DNA of 64,000 nucleotides from an uncultured Thiohalophilus sp. Lineage in GTDB: Bacteria; Pseudomonadota; Gammaproteobacteria; UBA6429; Thiohalophilaceae. How positions within the stretch are numbered: position 1 is the first letter of the stretch; each line of letters begins with the position of its first letter. Positions 20,682-30,621 of the stretch are shown piece by piece. Where the stretch lies: contig CAYOOC010000005.1 of the NCBI GenBank assembly GCA_964405505.1, positions 820 through 64,819 of the forward strand. The letters run 5' to 3'. Below the pieces are notes generated by a model, which worked only from the letters and a program-made list of their open reading frames with translations, was not told the DNA's origin and did not search any database. The position numbers were made by a program, and so were the translations under genes.

Positions 20682-21128
20682 ATGTCCGAACAGACACCGC
20701 AGATAATCGGCTGGCGTGAATGGGTCCGGCTTCCGCAGCTGGGCATCGGGCATATCAAGGCCAAGATCGACACCGGCGCCCGCACTTCCGCCCTGCACAC
20801 CTTTGATCTGGAGCCCTATAACGACAAAGGCATGCGCATGATTCACTTCAAAGTGCATCCGGTACAGAACAAGCCAAAGCCGATCGTCGAATGCCACTGC
20901 CCGGTACTGGACGAACGATCGGTCACCGACTCGGGCGGCCACAGGGAACAACGTTTCGTGATTATCACCGAAGCCTGCCTGGGTGAGCTGTGCTGGGAAA
21001 TCGAAATGACCCTGACCAACCGGGACACCATGCGCTTTCGCATGCTGCTCGGGCGTACCGCCATGGCCGGCCGTTTTCTGGTCGATCCCCGCGCCTCTTA
21101 TCTGATCGGTCATAGGCCCGGCCACTGA
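20682..21128 (+). CDS. RimK-associated retropepsin-like protease (annotated as ATP-dependent Zn protease; RimB-like)
   Basis: [27 protein letters not shown] and MLLGR motifs. Confidence 0.88.
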   Translation: MSEQTPQIIGWREWVRLPQLGIGHIKAKIDTGARTSALHTFDLEPYNDKGMRMIHFKVHPVQNKPKPIVECHCPVLDERSVTDSGGHREQRFVIITEACLGELCWEIEMTLTNRDTMRFRMLLGRTAMAGRFLVDPRASYLIGHRPGH

Positions 21129-21177
21129 GACAGGTTAAACTGGACCTGATATTTTACCCCGCAACCACGGAGTCCCT

Positions 21178-22083
21178 ATGAAAATTGCGATCATGTCACG
21201 GAACGCAAAACTTTATTCCAGTCGCCGCCTGGCCGAGGCCGCGAAGGACCGTGGTCATGAGGTAAGCGTGATCAATCCGCTCAAATGCTACATGGACATT
21301 ACCAGTATGCGCCCCTCTATTTATTACCGGGGCGAAAAGCTGGGGGGCTTCGACGCTGTGATTCCTCGCATCGGTTCATCGATTACTTTTTACGGCACCG
21401 CCGTTTTACGCCAATTCGAGATGATGGGTGTTTACCCGCTGAATGAATCGGTCGCTATCGGGCGTTCCCGTGACAAATTGCGTTCCCTGCAACTGCTGGC
21501 ACGCAAGGGCGTCGGGCTGCCGGTCACCGGTTTTGCCCATGATGTCGATGATACCGACAGTCTCATCAAGCTGGTCGGTGGCGCACCGCTGGTGGTCAAG
21601 TTGCTGGAAGGAACTCAGGGCAAGGGCGTGGTGCTGGCCGAAACCAAAAAGGCCGCCGAAAGCGTCATCGACGCCTTTCGTGAACTGAATGCCAACTTCC
21701 TGGTGCAGGAGTTCATCAAGGAAGCCGGCGGCTCGGACATCCGTGCTCTGGTCATCGGCGACAAAGTCGTGGCCGCCATGATGCGCACTGCCAAGGAAGG
21801 CGAGTTTCGCTCCAACCTGCATCGCGGCGGTTCGGCCAAGGTGATCAAGCTGACCCCCGAAGAACGCTCCACGGCCGTGCGCGCGGCCAAGACCATGGGG
21901 CTGAACGTGGCCGGTGTGGATATTCTGCGTTCCAACCACGGCCCGGTGATCATGGAGGTCAATTCCTCGCCGGGGCTGGAAGGCATCGAAGCGGCCACCA
22001 ACAAGGATATCGCCGGGCAGATCATCGATTTCATGATCAAGTCGGCCAAACCGCACAAAACCCAGACCCGGGGCAGAGGCTGA
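21178..22083 (+). CDS. rimK: Ribosomal protein S6-L-glutamate ligase
   Basis: ATP-grasp: [31 protein letters not shown] and [12 protein letters not shown]. Confidence 0.96.
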   Translation: MKIAIMSRNAKLYSSRRLAEAAKDRGHEVSVINPLKCYMDITSMRPSIYYRGEKLGGFDAVIPRIGSSITFYGTAVLRQFEMMGVYPLNESVAIGRSRDKLRSLQLLARKGVGLPVTGFAHDVDDTDSLIKLVGGAPLVVKLLEGTQGKGVVLAETKKAAESVIDAFRELNANFLVQEFIKEAGGSDIRALVIGDKVVAAMMRTAKEGEFRSNLHRGGSAKVIKLTPEERSTAVRAAKTMGLNVAGVDILRSNHGPVIMEVNSSPGLEGIEAATNKDIAGQIIDFMIKSAKPHKTQTRGRG

Positions 22084-22087
22084 GCCC

Positions 22088-23146
22088 ATGGACCCGGAAA
22101 TCATTTCGGTCAACGGCAGCCAGATCCCGCGCAATTCCCGCGTCACCCTCGATCTGCCGGTGGCCCGGCTGTATACCCATTCCCAGGTGGCCATGCCGGT
22201 GCAGGTGATCCGCGGTAAAAAACCGGGTCCGGCACTGTTTGTCAGCGCCGCCATCCACGGGGATGAACTTAACGGGGTGGAAATCATCCGCCGCCTGCTC
22301 AATCTACCCGCACTAAAACGTTTGAGCGGCACCCTGTTCGCGATCCCCATCGTCAATGTCTACGGCTTTATCCAGCAGTCCCGTTACCTGCCCGACCGCC
22401 GCGATCTCAATCGCAGCTTTCCCGGTTATGAACGGGGCTCGCTGGCAGCGCGGGTGGCCTATCAATTCATGCACGAGATCGTCGAGCAGAGCACGCACGG
22501 CATCGATCTGCATACCGGTGCCATCCACCGCAGCAACCTGCCACAGATCCGCGCCAACATCGATGATTCCCAGACTGCTGATCTGGCCCACGTGTTCGGG
22601 GTGCCGGTGATTCTCAATGCCGATCTGCGCGACAACTCCCTGCGCGAGGCGGCCGCTGAATATGGTATCCCGATGCTGCTGTATGAAGCCGGCGAGGCCC
22701 TGCGCTTTGATGAGGTGAGTATTCGTGCCGGCCTCAAAGGTATCGTGAATGTGATGCGCCACCTGAACATGCTGCCTGCTTCGCGACGCAAGCCCAAACG
22801 TGAACATAAACCCCTGTACGCTCGCGCCAGCAGCTGGGTGCGGGCACCGGCCGGGGGGATCCTGCGCGCAATCGTGCCGCTGGGCGGCAGCGTGGAAAAA
22901 GATCAGTTACTCGGCATCCTCTCCGATCCCTTTGGCGAACACGAGATCGAAATCAACGCCCCCTGTGACGGCATTGTCATCGGCCGGACCAACCTGCCCC
23001 TGGCCAACGAAGGGGATGCGTTGTTCCATATCGCCCGCTATCGCAAGCTGGAGGCCGTCACCGCGCGGGTCGAGGAGTTCACCGAACAGCATCAGCCCGA
23101 CACCAATCCCGACTCGCCGCCCGATGCCGAACCCCCGATTGTCTGA
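22088..23146 (+). CDS. Succinylglutamate desuccinylase/aspartoacylase (M14-like Zn hydrolase) family protein
   Basis: AAIHGDELNG, DLNRSFPG, DLHTG and EAGE motifs. Confidence 0.9.
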   Translation: MDPEIISVNGSQIPRNSRVTLDLPVARLYTHSQVAMPVQVIRGKKPGPALFVSAAIHGDELNGVEIIRRLLNLPALKRLSGTLFAIPIVNVYGFIQQSRYLPDRRDLNRSFPGYERGSLAARVAYQFMHEIVEQSTHGIDLHTGAIHRSNLPQIRANIDDSQTADLAHVFGVPVILNADLRDNSLREAAAEYGIPMLLYEAGEALRFDEVSIRAGLKGIVNVMRHLNMLPASRRKPKREHKPLYARASSWVRAPAGGILRAIVPLGGSVEKDQLLGILSDPFGEHEIEINAPCDGIVIGRTNLPLANEGDALFHIARYRKLEAVTARVEEFTEQHQPDTNPDSPPDAEPPIV

Positions 23147-23147
23147 C

Positions 23148-25124
23148 TCAATCCCGGCGGGTTAGCAGCAGGCAGCCCGTCGCATGCACCTCGGCCTGCC
23201 AGTGCGGGGCCAGATAGGTGGTCGAGACGGTTTCGGTGATCAGCGCCGGCCCGTGCAGGATCTGCCCGACAGGCAAGGTCTCACGCGCATACACCGGCAC
23301 CGGTTGCTCAATCTCCGGCAGGTTAACCTCTTCATACGGGCCGGCGTCCCCGGTGGCATTCACCGCTTGCAAGGCCAGGGCCTGCGACGGCCGCTGCAGG
23401 CCCACGCGCAGATTCACCACCTCCACCGGCAGGTCGAGACGGTGCCCGTAGCGTTGTTCATGCAGGCGATGAAAATCCGCCCTGGCCTGCCGGCGGTCCT
23501 GCCAGGGGACATTCAGATAATAGGATTGCCCCTGGTAGCGCAGATCCAGACTGGGCTGGATGATGATTTCGTCCCGTGCCACCCCTTCTTCCTGCATGGC
23601 AGTGAGCCCGGCCTCGATCAGCGGCTGCATTTGATCCGCGATGGCCGGATCGTCCAGCGCGTCCAGCAACTGGCCCAGGGTCTGCGACAGCTGGCGCGCG
23701 CGCGGCGCCACCAGCATCCCCAGCGCCGACAATACCCCGGCATAGACCGGCACGATCGCCCGGGACATATTCAGCGCCTCGGCCAGGGCACAGACATGCA
23801 GCCCGCCGGCGCCGCCGAATGAGACCAGCGCCAGTTCACGCGGATCGACCCCGCGCTGCACCGACATCACCCGCAGGGCATGGGCCATATGTTCATTGGC
23901 CAGCCGGAGGATCCCCTGTGCCGCCTCTTCGATGGAGACGCCGAGTTGCCAGCCGATCGCCCCGACCGCCGCCCGGGCCGCCGCCACATCCAGCGACATG
24001 TTGCCGCCCAGGAAGGCGCCGGGGCGCAGCCGTCCCAGCACCAGGTTGGCATCGGTGACCGTGGCGCGGGTTCCCCCCTGGCCGTAACAGGCGGGGCCGG
24101 GCGCGGCCCCGGCCGATTCGGGCCCCACCTGCAGCAGCCCGCCCGCATCGACGCTGGCCAGTGAGCCGCCCCCGGCGCCAATGGTGTGCATATCCACCAT
24201 CGGTACGGCCACGGGGTAATCGCGAATCCGGCCTTCGCTGGTCAGCTGCAGCTCGCCGTCGATCAATGCCACATCGGTGGAGGTGCCGCCCATATCGAAC
24301 GTCAGCAGGCGCGACAGTCCTACCTGCTCCCCCATGTAGCGTGCCGCCGCCAGCCCCCCGGCGGGGCCGGAGAGCAACAGGTGCACCGCCGCCTCGCCGG
24401 CCTGCTCGGCGGCGAGGGTTCCGCCGGAACTTTGCATGACCGTGATATGCGCGTGCGGGACGCCCTGTTGCAGACGCTGCAAGTAACCCCGGACCCGCGG
24501 CCCGACCGCGGCGTTGAGCCAGGTGGTCATGCCACGTTCATACTCTTTATATTCCGGCAACACGCGGGAGGAGCGGGAAATAAACAGCTCCGGCGGCAGT
24601 GCCGCCTCGATCTGTTTTTCAAAGCGCTCATCGAGATAGGAAAACAGCAGGTTGATCGCAACCGCCTCCGGTTGCAGGCGCTCGACGGCGTCACGTAGCT
24701 GCTGCAGATCGGTGTCGGTCAACGCTTCGATGACCGTCCCGTCGGCCGCCAGCCGACCGCCGGTTTCCAGGCACTGTTCCCGGGGAACCGGGGGGGCGAC
24801 AGCGGCCGGTTGCAGGTTATACAGTTCACTGCGGATCTGACGCCCGATGGCGAGCATATCGCCCAGGCCGCGATTGGTAATAAACACCGTGCGCGCCGTC
24901 TTGCCCTCGAGCACCGCATTGGTTGCCACGGTGGAACCGTGCACCATGTAAAACAGGGTGTCGGGCGACAGCCGGTCCAGGCCCAGGTCCCGCACCCCCT
25001 GCAGGATCGCCTGCTCCGGTGCCGCCGGTGTCGATAACACCTTGTGTGTGCTGATGGCGCCATCTCGAACCAGCACGAAATCGGTAAAAGTACCGCCGGT
25101 ATCGACGCCGAGTATGACACTCAT
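23148..25124 (-). CDS. Hydantoinase A / 5-oxoprolinase N-terminal-subunit family protein
   Basis: GVDTGGTFTD, HGSTVATNA, SGPAGG, DMGGTSTD, IGAGGGS and FGGAGGLH; start at MSVILG (25124). Confidence 0.92.
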   Translation of the reverse strand: MSVILGVDTGGTFTDFVLVRDGAISTHKVLSTPAAPEQAILQGVRDLGLDRLSPDTLFYMVHGSTVATNAVLEGKTARTVFITNRGLGDMLAIGRQIRSELYNLQPAAVAPPVPREQCLETGGRLAADGTVIEALTDTDLQQLRDAVERLQPEAVAINLLFSYLDERFEKQIEAALPPELFISRSSRVLPEYKEYERGMTTWLNAAVGPRVRGYLQRLQQGVPHAHITVMQSSGGTLAAEQAGEAAVHLLLSGPAGGLAAARYMGEQVGLSRLLTFDMGGTSTDVALIDGELQLTSEGRIRDYPVAVPMVDMHTIGAGGGSLASVDAGGLLQVGPESAGAAPGPACYGQGGTRATVTDANLVLGRLRPGAFLGGNMSLDVAAARAAVGAIGWQLGVSIEEAAQGILRLANEHMAHALRVMSVQRGVDPRELALVSFGGAGGLHVCALAEALNMSRAIVPVYAGVLSALGMLVAPRARQLSQTLGQLLDALDDPAIADQMQPLIEAGLTAMQEEGVARDEIIIQPSLDLRYQGQSYYLNVPWQDRRQARADFHRLHEQRYGHRLDLPVEVVNLRVGLQRPSQALALQAVNATGDAGPYEEVNLPEIEQPVPVYARETLPVGQILHGPALITETVSTTYLAPHWQAEVHATGCLLLTRRD

Positions 25125-25348
25125 GGATAAACTGCCCCGTTCAGGTTTGGACGCCATTGTAGCATTCCACGCAATCACGCCGTGTCGCGATTGTACTCAA
25201 TCAACGGGCTTTTAACGCGAACTCCCAATACCCGCTTACTTTGATCTTTTCCGGTAGCGGCCATCACCATCTGAGCCCCGTCTGAACCAATCGCAGAGAC
25301 ACCCGTCAAAGCAAGTGTGAATTGTTTGCCCAAAGCAACAATGCGGGC

Positions 25349-25376
25349 TTGTCAGCACGGCGCAGAAGCTTATAAT
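25349..25376 (+). promoter_or_regulatory. sigma70 promoter for the ABC operon
   Basis: TTGTCA-N16-TATAAT, 63 nt upstream of the ATG. Confidence 0.55.
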
Positions 25377-25439
25377 TTCAGGCCAGTTTCTGATACCAGT
25401 TCCGATACCGAATAATAATACCGGTTAACGTTTATCCGC

Positions 25440-26393
25440 ATGTCGAATGACAATCTGATCAGTGTAAAACACCTGTACCGGCGTTATGCCGGTTTGACCG
25501 CTGTCAGCGATGTCAGCTTTGAACTGGCACGCGGCGAGGTTCTGGGTTTTCTCGGACCCAACGGGGCCGGCAAAACCTCAACCATGCAGATGCTCACCGG
25601 CAATCTTGCCCCGAGCAGTGGCCGCATCCTGATCAACGGGATCGATTTGCTGGACAATCCCAAACAGGCCAAGGCGCTGATCGGTTATCTGCCGGAACAA
25701 CCACCGTTGTATCGGGAACTCACAGTTGACGAATATCTCCAGTTTTGTGCGCGGCTCAACCGCATCCGGCGTAACGCCGTTGGCCAGGCCGTGGAACGCG
25801 CCAAGCAGCGCTGTGGTCTGGAGCAGGTCGGGCGACGTCTGATCAACAATCTGTCCAAGGGCTATCAGCAACGGGTTGGTATTGCCCAGGCGATTATTCA
25901 TTCGCCGCCGGTGGTGGTGCTGGATGAACCGACCGTGGGGCTGGATCCGATCCAGATTCGCGAGATACGCAGTCTGATTCGCGAACTGGGCGAAGATCAT
26001 GGCGTGATTCTCTCCACCCATATTCTGCCCGAAGTGCAGATGACCTGTGACCGGGTCCAGATCATCAATCGTGGCCGCCTGGTGTTCAGCGATAACATCG
26101 ACAGTCTCAACCGGCGCATGGACTCGAACAGCCTGATCCTCGGACTGCATCAGCCGCCGGCCGAAACCGAGCTGGCCGCCCTGCCGGCGATCACCGAGAT
26201 ACAGCCCCTGGACAATCAGCGTTTCCGTCTGTTTCACGCCAGTGATCAGATGCCGGCCGAAGCCATCGCCGAACAGGCGGTGGCCCGCGGCTGGGGATTA
26301 TTCGAGCTGAGCCCGGAGTACAAGACGCTGGAGCAGGTCTTTGTCGAGATCACCAGCTCCGAGCAGGCCACGGCGGAGGAGGATGCGGCATGA
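25440..26393 (+). CDS. ABC transporter ATP-binding protein (GldA-like)
   Basis: GPNGAGKT, LSKGYQQRVG, LDEPT and STH motifs. Confidence 0.93.
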   Translation: MSNDNLISVKHLYRRYAGLTAVSDVSFELARGEVLGFLGPNGAGKTSTMQMLTGNLAPSSGRILINGIDLLDNPKQAKALIGYLPEQPPLYRELTVDEYLQFCARLNRIRRNAVGQAVERAKQRCGLEQVGRRLINNLSKGYQQRVGIAQAIIHSPPVVVLDEPTVGLDPIQIREIRSLIRELGEDHGVILSTHILPEVQMTCDRVQIINRGRLVFSDNIDSLNRRMDSNSLILGLHQPPAETELAALPAITEIQPLDNQRFRLFHASDQMPAEAIAEQAVARGWGLFELSPEYKTLEQVFVEITSSEQATAEEDAA

Positions 26394-27151
26394 TGCTCCT
26401 GACCCTGGCACAACGGGAATTACGCACGCTGTTTCTGTCGCCGCTGGCCTGGGCGATTCTGGCGGTCATGCAGTTCATTCTCGCCTACCTGTTTTTGACC
26501 GCGTTGAATGATTTCATCACCCTGCAGCCGCAACTGCAGAGTCTGGAATCCCCGCCCGGGGCGACCGAACTGGTCGTAGCCCAGGTTTACGGCAGTGCCG
26601 CGTTTATTTTCATGATGGTGGTCCCTCTGCTGACCATGCGCATCATCAGCGAGGAGCGACGCAATCGCAGTATTGCCTTGCTGTTCAGCGCCCCGGTATC
26701 GATGACCGAGATCATCCTGGGCAAATACCTCGGCCTGCTCGGCTTTTTACTGCTCGCCTGCCTGATGATCACTTTGATGCCGCTGGCGCTGATGTTCGGC
26801 GGCCCGCTGGATACCGGCCTGTTGCTGGCCATGCTGCTGGGGCTGATTTTGCTGGTGGCCTGCTTTGCCGCCATTGGTCTATTTTTGTCAACGCTGACCG
26901 TGCAGCCGACGATTGCCGCGATCAGTACCTTCGGCGTCCTGTTGTTGCTGTGGATCATCGACTGGGCCGGCGATCAGGTCGGGGATGGCGTCACCAGTGG
27001 ACTGCTGGAATATCTGTCCATACTGCGCCATTTTGAATCGCTCAGTCAGGGCATCTTCAACAGCGCCGACATCGTCTATTTTCTGCTGTTTATCACCGTC
27101 TTTCTGGTCCTCGGCATCCGTCGCCTGGATGCCGATCGGCTGCAACACTAA
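26390..27151 (+). CDS. ABC-2 permease (GldF-like)
   Basis: Six hydrophobic segments; P.LTMR.ISEERR motif. Confidence 0.88.
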   Translation: MMLLTLAQRELRTLFLSPLAWAILAVMQFILAYLFLTALNDFITLQPQLQSLESPPGATELVVAQVYGSAAFIFMMVVPLLTMRIISEERRNRSIALLFSAPVSMTEIILGKYLGLLGFLLLACLMITLMPLALMFGGPLDTGLLLAMLLGLILLVACFAAIGLFLSTLTVQPTIAAISTFGVLLLLWIIDWAGDQVGDGVTSGLLEYLSILRHFESLSQGIFNSADIVYFLLFITVFLVLGIRRLDADRLQH

Positions 27152-27169
27152 CGCAGGTCTGGAATCCGT

Positions 27170-28546
27170 ATGCAGGTTACCTCCCGAAGTCGCTTACAGA
27201 TTCGCATTCAAAACATTCTGTTCGTCGTATTGTTTCTGGCGGTCATCGGCCTGCTTGCCTGGCTCAGCCTGCATTACAAGTATGAAAGTGACTGGACGGC
27301 TTCGGGGCGCCATACCCTGTCAGAAGCCACGGTCAAACTGCTGGAGCGTATGGACGATCCGATCGAGATCATCGCCTTTGCCCGTTCCGGCAGCATGGTA
27401 TCGACCCGGCGCAACATCGCCGACATGCTCGGCCGTTACCGGCAACACAAGGACGATATCACCGTCCGCTATATCAACCCCGATACCGAGCCGGACAAGA
27501 CGCGCGAATATGATATCAGTGTCGATGGCGAGCTGGTCGTCACCTATAACGGTCGCACCGAACATGTGCGCAACCTCAGTGAAGAGAGCCTGACCAACAC
27601 CCTGCAGCAACTGTTGCGCAGCGGCGAAAAACATCTGGTGTTTATTTCCGGCCACGGCGAACGCCAGCCGCAGGGCCAGGCCAATCACGATTACGGCCGT
27701 TTCACCCGTCACCTGCACAACAAGGGCATCAAGACCAGCAGTCTCAAGCTGAGTGATAATCCTGAAATTCCGGCGGACACCGCGGCACTGGTCATCGCCG
27801 GCCCCCAGCTCGATTATCTGCCCGGTGAAGTGGCGATCATCCGCGAGTATGTGCGCCAGGGCGGCAATCTTTTGTGGTTACACGATCCGGGCAAACTGTA
27901 CGGCCTGCAGCCCCTGCTGGAGGATCTTGGTCTGACCTTTGTCGAGGGGACCATTGTCGATCCTTCCACCCGCATGCTGGGGATCGAGGATCCGACGTTT
28001 GCCGTGGTCGCCGATTACAGCGCCAGCGATCATCCGGTGACCCGTGACTTTCGCTTCATGACCCTGTTCCCGCGCGCCATCGGCATCGAAGTACGCCAGG
28101 ACAGTGAGTTTCAGGCTACCCCGTTTCTGCAGACCGTGCCGCGCAGCTGGGCGGAAACCGGTCCGCTCGATGGGGTCATTAACTATGACGCCGGCGAAGA
28201 TACCGCCGGCCCGCTGCAGATTGGTATTGCTCTGAGTCGTAAACCGGCCGACGAAGACGCCGGGCCGGGTAACACCGGGCAGCGCATCGCCGTGCTGGGC
28301 GACGGGGACTTTCTGGCCAACGCCTACCTGGGCAACCAGGGTAACCAGGATCTGGGCTACAACCTGATCAACTGGCTGAGCCATGATGATCGCTTTATCG
28401 ATATTCCGGCCCGTGCCGCACCGGATACCGATCTGAGCCTGGATTCGACCACCTGGTCGATACTCGGCCTGCTGTTCCTGTTCGGTCTGCCGTTACTGCT
28501 GCTCGGCTATGGCCTCTACATCTGGTGGCAACGGCGTAAACCCTGA
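27170..28546 (+). CDS. GldG-family ABC auxiliary protein
   Basis: N- and C-terminal TM helices; DWT...HTLS, GHGE, GDGDFLAN and N.INWL motifs. Confidence 0.85.
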   Translation: MQVTSRSRLQIRIQNILFVVLFLAVIGLLAWLSLHYKYESDWTASGRHTLSEATVKLLERMDDPIEIIAFARSGSMVSTRRNIADMLGRYRQHKDDITVRYINPDTEPDKTREYDISVDGELVVTYNGRTEHVRNLSEESLTNTLQQLLRSGEKHLVFISGHGERQPQGQANHDYGRFTRHLHNKGIKTSSLKLSDNPEIPADTAALVIAGPQLDYLPGEVAIIREYVRQGGNLLWLHDPGKLYGLQPLLEDLGLTFVEGTIVDPSTRMLGIEDPTFAVVADYSASDHPVTRDFRFMTLFPRAIGIEVRQDSEFQATPFLQTVPRSWAETGPLDGVINYDAGEDTAGPLQIGIALSRKPADEDAGPGNTGQRIAVLGDGDFLANAYLGNQGNQDLGYNLINWLSHDDRFIDIPARAAPDTDLSLDSTTWSILGLLFLFGLPLLLLGYGLYIWWQRRKP

Positions 28547-29421
28547 TGCGCGCCCGCCTGCTACTCAACCTCGTCCTGTTACTGACCATCATCGTCCTGG
28601 TAGTGCTGGTCAGCCGCACCGCGGACGAAACGGAGACCCCGGCGCCATCGACGCTGACCGACCTCGCGCCGGATAAGGTCCAGCACATCCGGTTGCAACG
28701 CCGTGATCAGGAACCGGTCACCTTGTACAGGGAACAGGGCACCTGGTACATGCAGCAACCCTATCAGCTGGCGGCCAATGAATACCGCGTTCAGGCCCTG
28801 CTGCGCCTGTTACAGGCCGAGTATGAAACCGCGCACCGTCTCGATGAACTTGAGCCGGCCCGCTACGGACTGGAGCACCCCCGTGCCAGCCTCACCTATA
28901 ACGATTCAACGGTCATCGAATTCGGTGACACCGAACCGCTTTCCAAACAGCGCTATGTGCGGTTCGGCAACCGGCTCTATCTGTTACCCGATACCCATTA
29001 CTATCACACCATCAGCCCGGCTACCGGTTATCTCAGCCATGCGCCACTGCCCAAGGGCAAGATCGTTGCGCTGGCATTACCCGATCTCCGTCTCGACCTG
29101 GAAGCGGGCCAGTGGCAGGCCCGGCCACCACAGCCGACACATTCCGCCGATGCGTTGACCGAACTGATCGCCAACTGGCGCAACGCCCAGGCACTGCGGC
29201 TCGAACCCTCTACACCGGACAGCCTGCCCAAAGCCGATATTGAAGTGCAACTGCAAGACCGGGAAGAACCCGTGCGCTTTACCCTGCAGATAAAAGACGG
29301 CCAGCCCGCCCTGCTGCGCCATGACGCGGCAATGCGCTACATCATCAACGACGAAATTCGCCAGCAGCTATTACAACTCCCCGAGCCACTACCCGAACCA
29401 CAACTGAAAACTGAAAATTAA
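28546..29421 (+). CDS. DUF4340-like periplasmic protein
   Basis: N-terminal membrane anchor and YGL..P motif; typical fourth gene of this ABC cassette. Confidence 0.75.
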   Translation: MRARLLLNLVLLLTIIVLVVLVSRTADETETPAPSTLTDLAPDKVQHIRLQRRDQEPVTLYREQGTWYMQQPYQLAANEYRVQALLRLLQAEYETAHRLDELEPARYGLEHPRASLTYNDSTVIEFGDTEPLSKQRYVRFGNRLYLLPDTHYYHTISPATGYLSHAPLPKGKIVALALPDLRLDLEAGQWQARPPQPTHSADALTELIANWRNAQALRLEPSTPDSLPKADIEVQLQDREEPVRFTLQIKDGQPALLRHDAAMRYIINDEIRQQLLQLPEPLPEPQLKTEN

Positions 29422-29573
29422 CCACCAAGACACGAAGACACAAAGAAAAAACTCAGATCATGTGGGTCAGGTTGCGCGATGTGCTACCTGACACGACCTA
29501 TTAATTAACAGTCTGCCCGTTTCAGGCATCCAGTACCTGAAAATATTACTTGGTGTCTTCGTGTCTTGGTGGT
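29421..29573. repeat. Tri-repeat-armed palindrome, CACNAAG family, enclosing a REP
   Basis: Arms accaccaagacacgaagacacaaag (29421-29445) and cttggtgtcttcgtgtcttggtggt (29549-29573) are 24/25 complementary; the 103-nt spacer holds REP R3 at 29462-29492. Confidence 0.88.
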
Positions 29574-29613
29574 GAAATACTATAAATTTTAAGCGAGACT
29601 GTTCCAAAGCCTC

Positions 29614-30429
29614 ATGCCCGAATTGCCCGAAGTTGAAACCACCCGTCGCGGGATCGCCCCGCATTTGCAGGGACGCCAGGTGCGCGAGGTGATCGTGCGT
29701 CAGCGCCAGTTACGCTGGCCGATACCGCGCAATCTCAATGCCTTGCTGCAGGGACAGACGATCCAGCACATCGATCGACGCGGCAAGTACCTGTTGCTGG
29801 GAATGGATACGGGTACCCTGATCCTGCACCTGGGCATGTCCGGCAGCCTGCGCATCCTGCCGGCGACGACGCCGGTGCAAAAACACGATCACCTGGATAT
29901 CGTGCTGGACAACGACCAGTGTCTGCGCCTGCGCGATCCGCGCCGTTTCGGGGCGGTGTTGTGGACCCGCGAGGATCCCGCCCGGCACAAGTTACTGCAA
30001 AGCCTGGGGCCCGAACCACTGTCCGCTGAGTTCGACGGGGATTACCTGTGGCAACGCTCGCGCGGGCGCAAACTGGCGATCAAATCTTTTGTAATGGACA
30101 GCAAGATCGTCACCGGGGTAGGTAATATTTACGCCAATGAAGCACTGTTTATCGCCGGGATTCATCCGCAGCGGGCCGCCGGACGCATTTCCCGTGAGCG
30201 TTATCAACAGCTGGCCGTCGCGATCAAACAGGTGCTTGAAGCCGCGATCCGTGAAGGCGGCACCACCTTGCGCGACTTTACCGCCAGCGACGGTAAACCC
30301 GGCTACTTTCGTCTGAAACTGCATGTGTATGAGCGTGAACAGGAGCCCTGTCATCAGTGCGGGCAAGCCTTGCGTCACCGGGTAATCGGTCAACGTTCGA
30401 GTTACTATTGCAGCCATTGCCAGCGCTGA
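29614..30429 (+). CDS. mutM: Formamidopyrimidine-DNA glycosylase
   Basis: MPELPEVE start, HLGMSG, GVGNIYA and C-terminal zinc finger. Confidence 0.98.
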   Translation: MPELPEVETTRRGIAPHLQGRQVREVIVRQRQLRWPIPRNLNALLQGQTIQHIDRRGKYLLLGMDTGTLILHLGMSGSLRILPATTPVQKHDHLDIVLDNDQCLRLRDPRRFGAVLWTREDPARHKLLQSLGPEPLSAEFDGDYLWQRSRGRKLAIKSFVMDSKIVTGVGNIYANEALFIAGIHPQRAAGRISRERYQQLAVAIKQVLEAAIREGGTTLRDFTASDGKPGYFRLKLHVYEREQEPCHQCGQALRHRVIGQRSSYYCSHCQR

Positions 30430-30621
30430 TATTTTTAAAGCGTCGAAAGAATAAAAGAGCTCCGGATACTCGTACCGATACTCAGCAGTCCGGTTCAAAG
30501 AGCAACGTAACGGATCCGCTTTTACCGATTCCGGCTGGATTCACTTAGCTCGTTCTCCCTGAATGCGATGATCGGATATCGGGACCTTTTATTTGGCGCC
30601 AATCCGGTAGAGGAATCTTTC

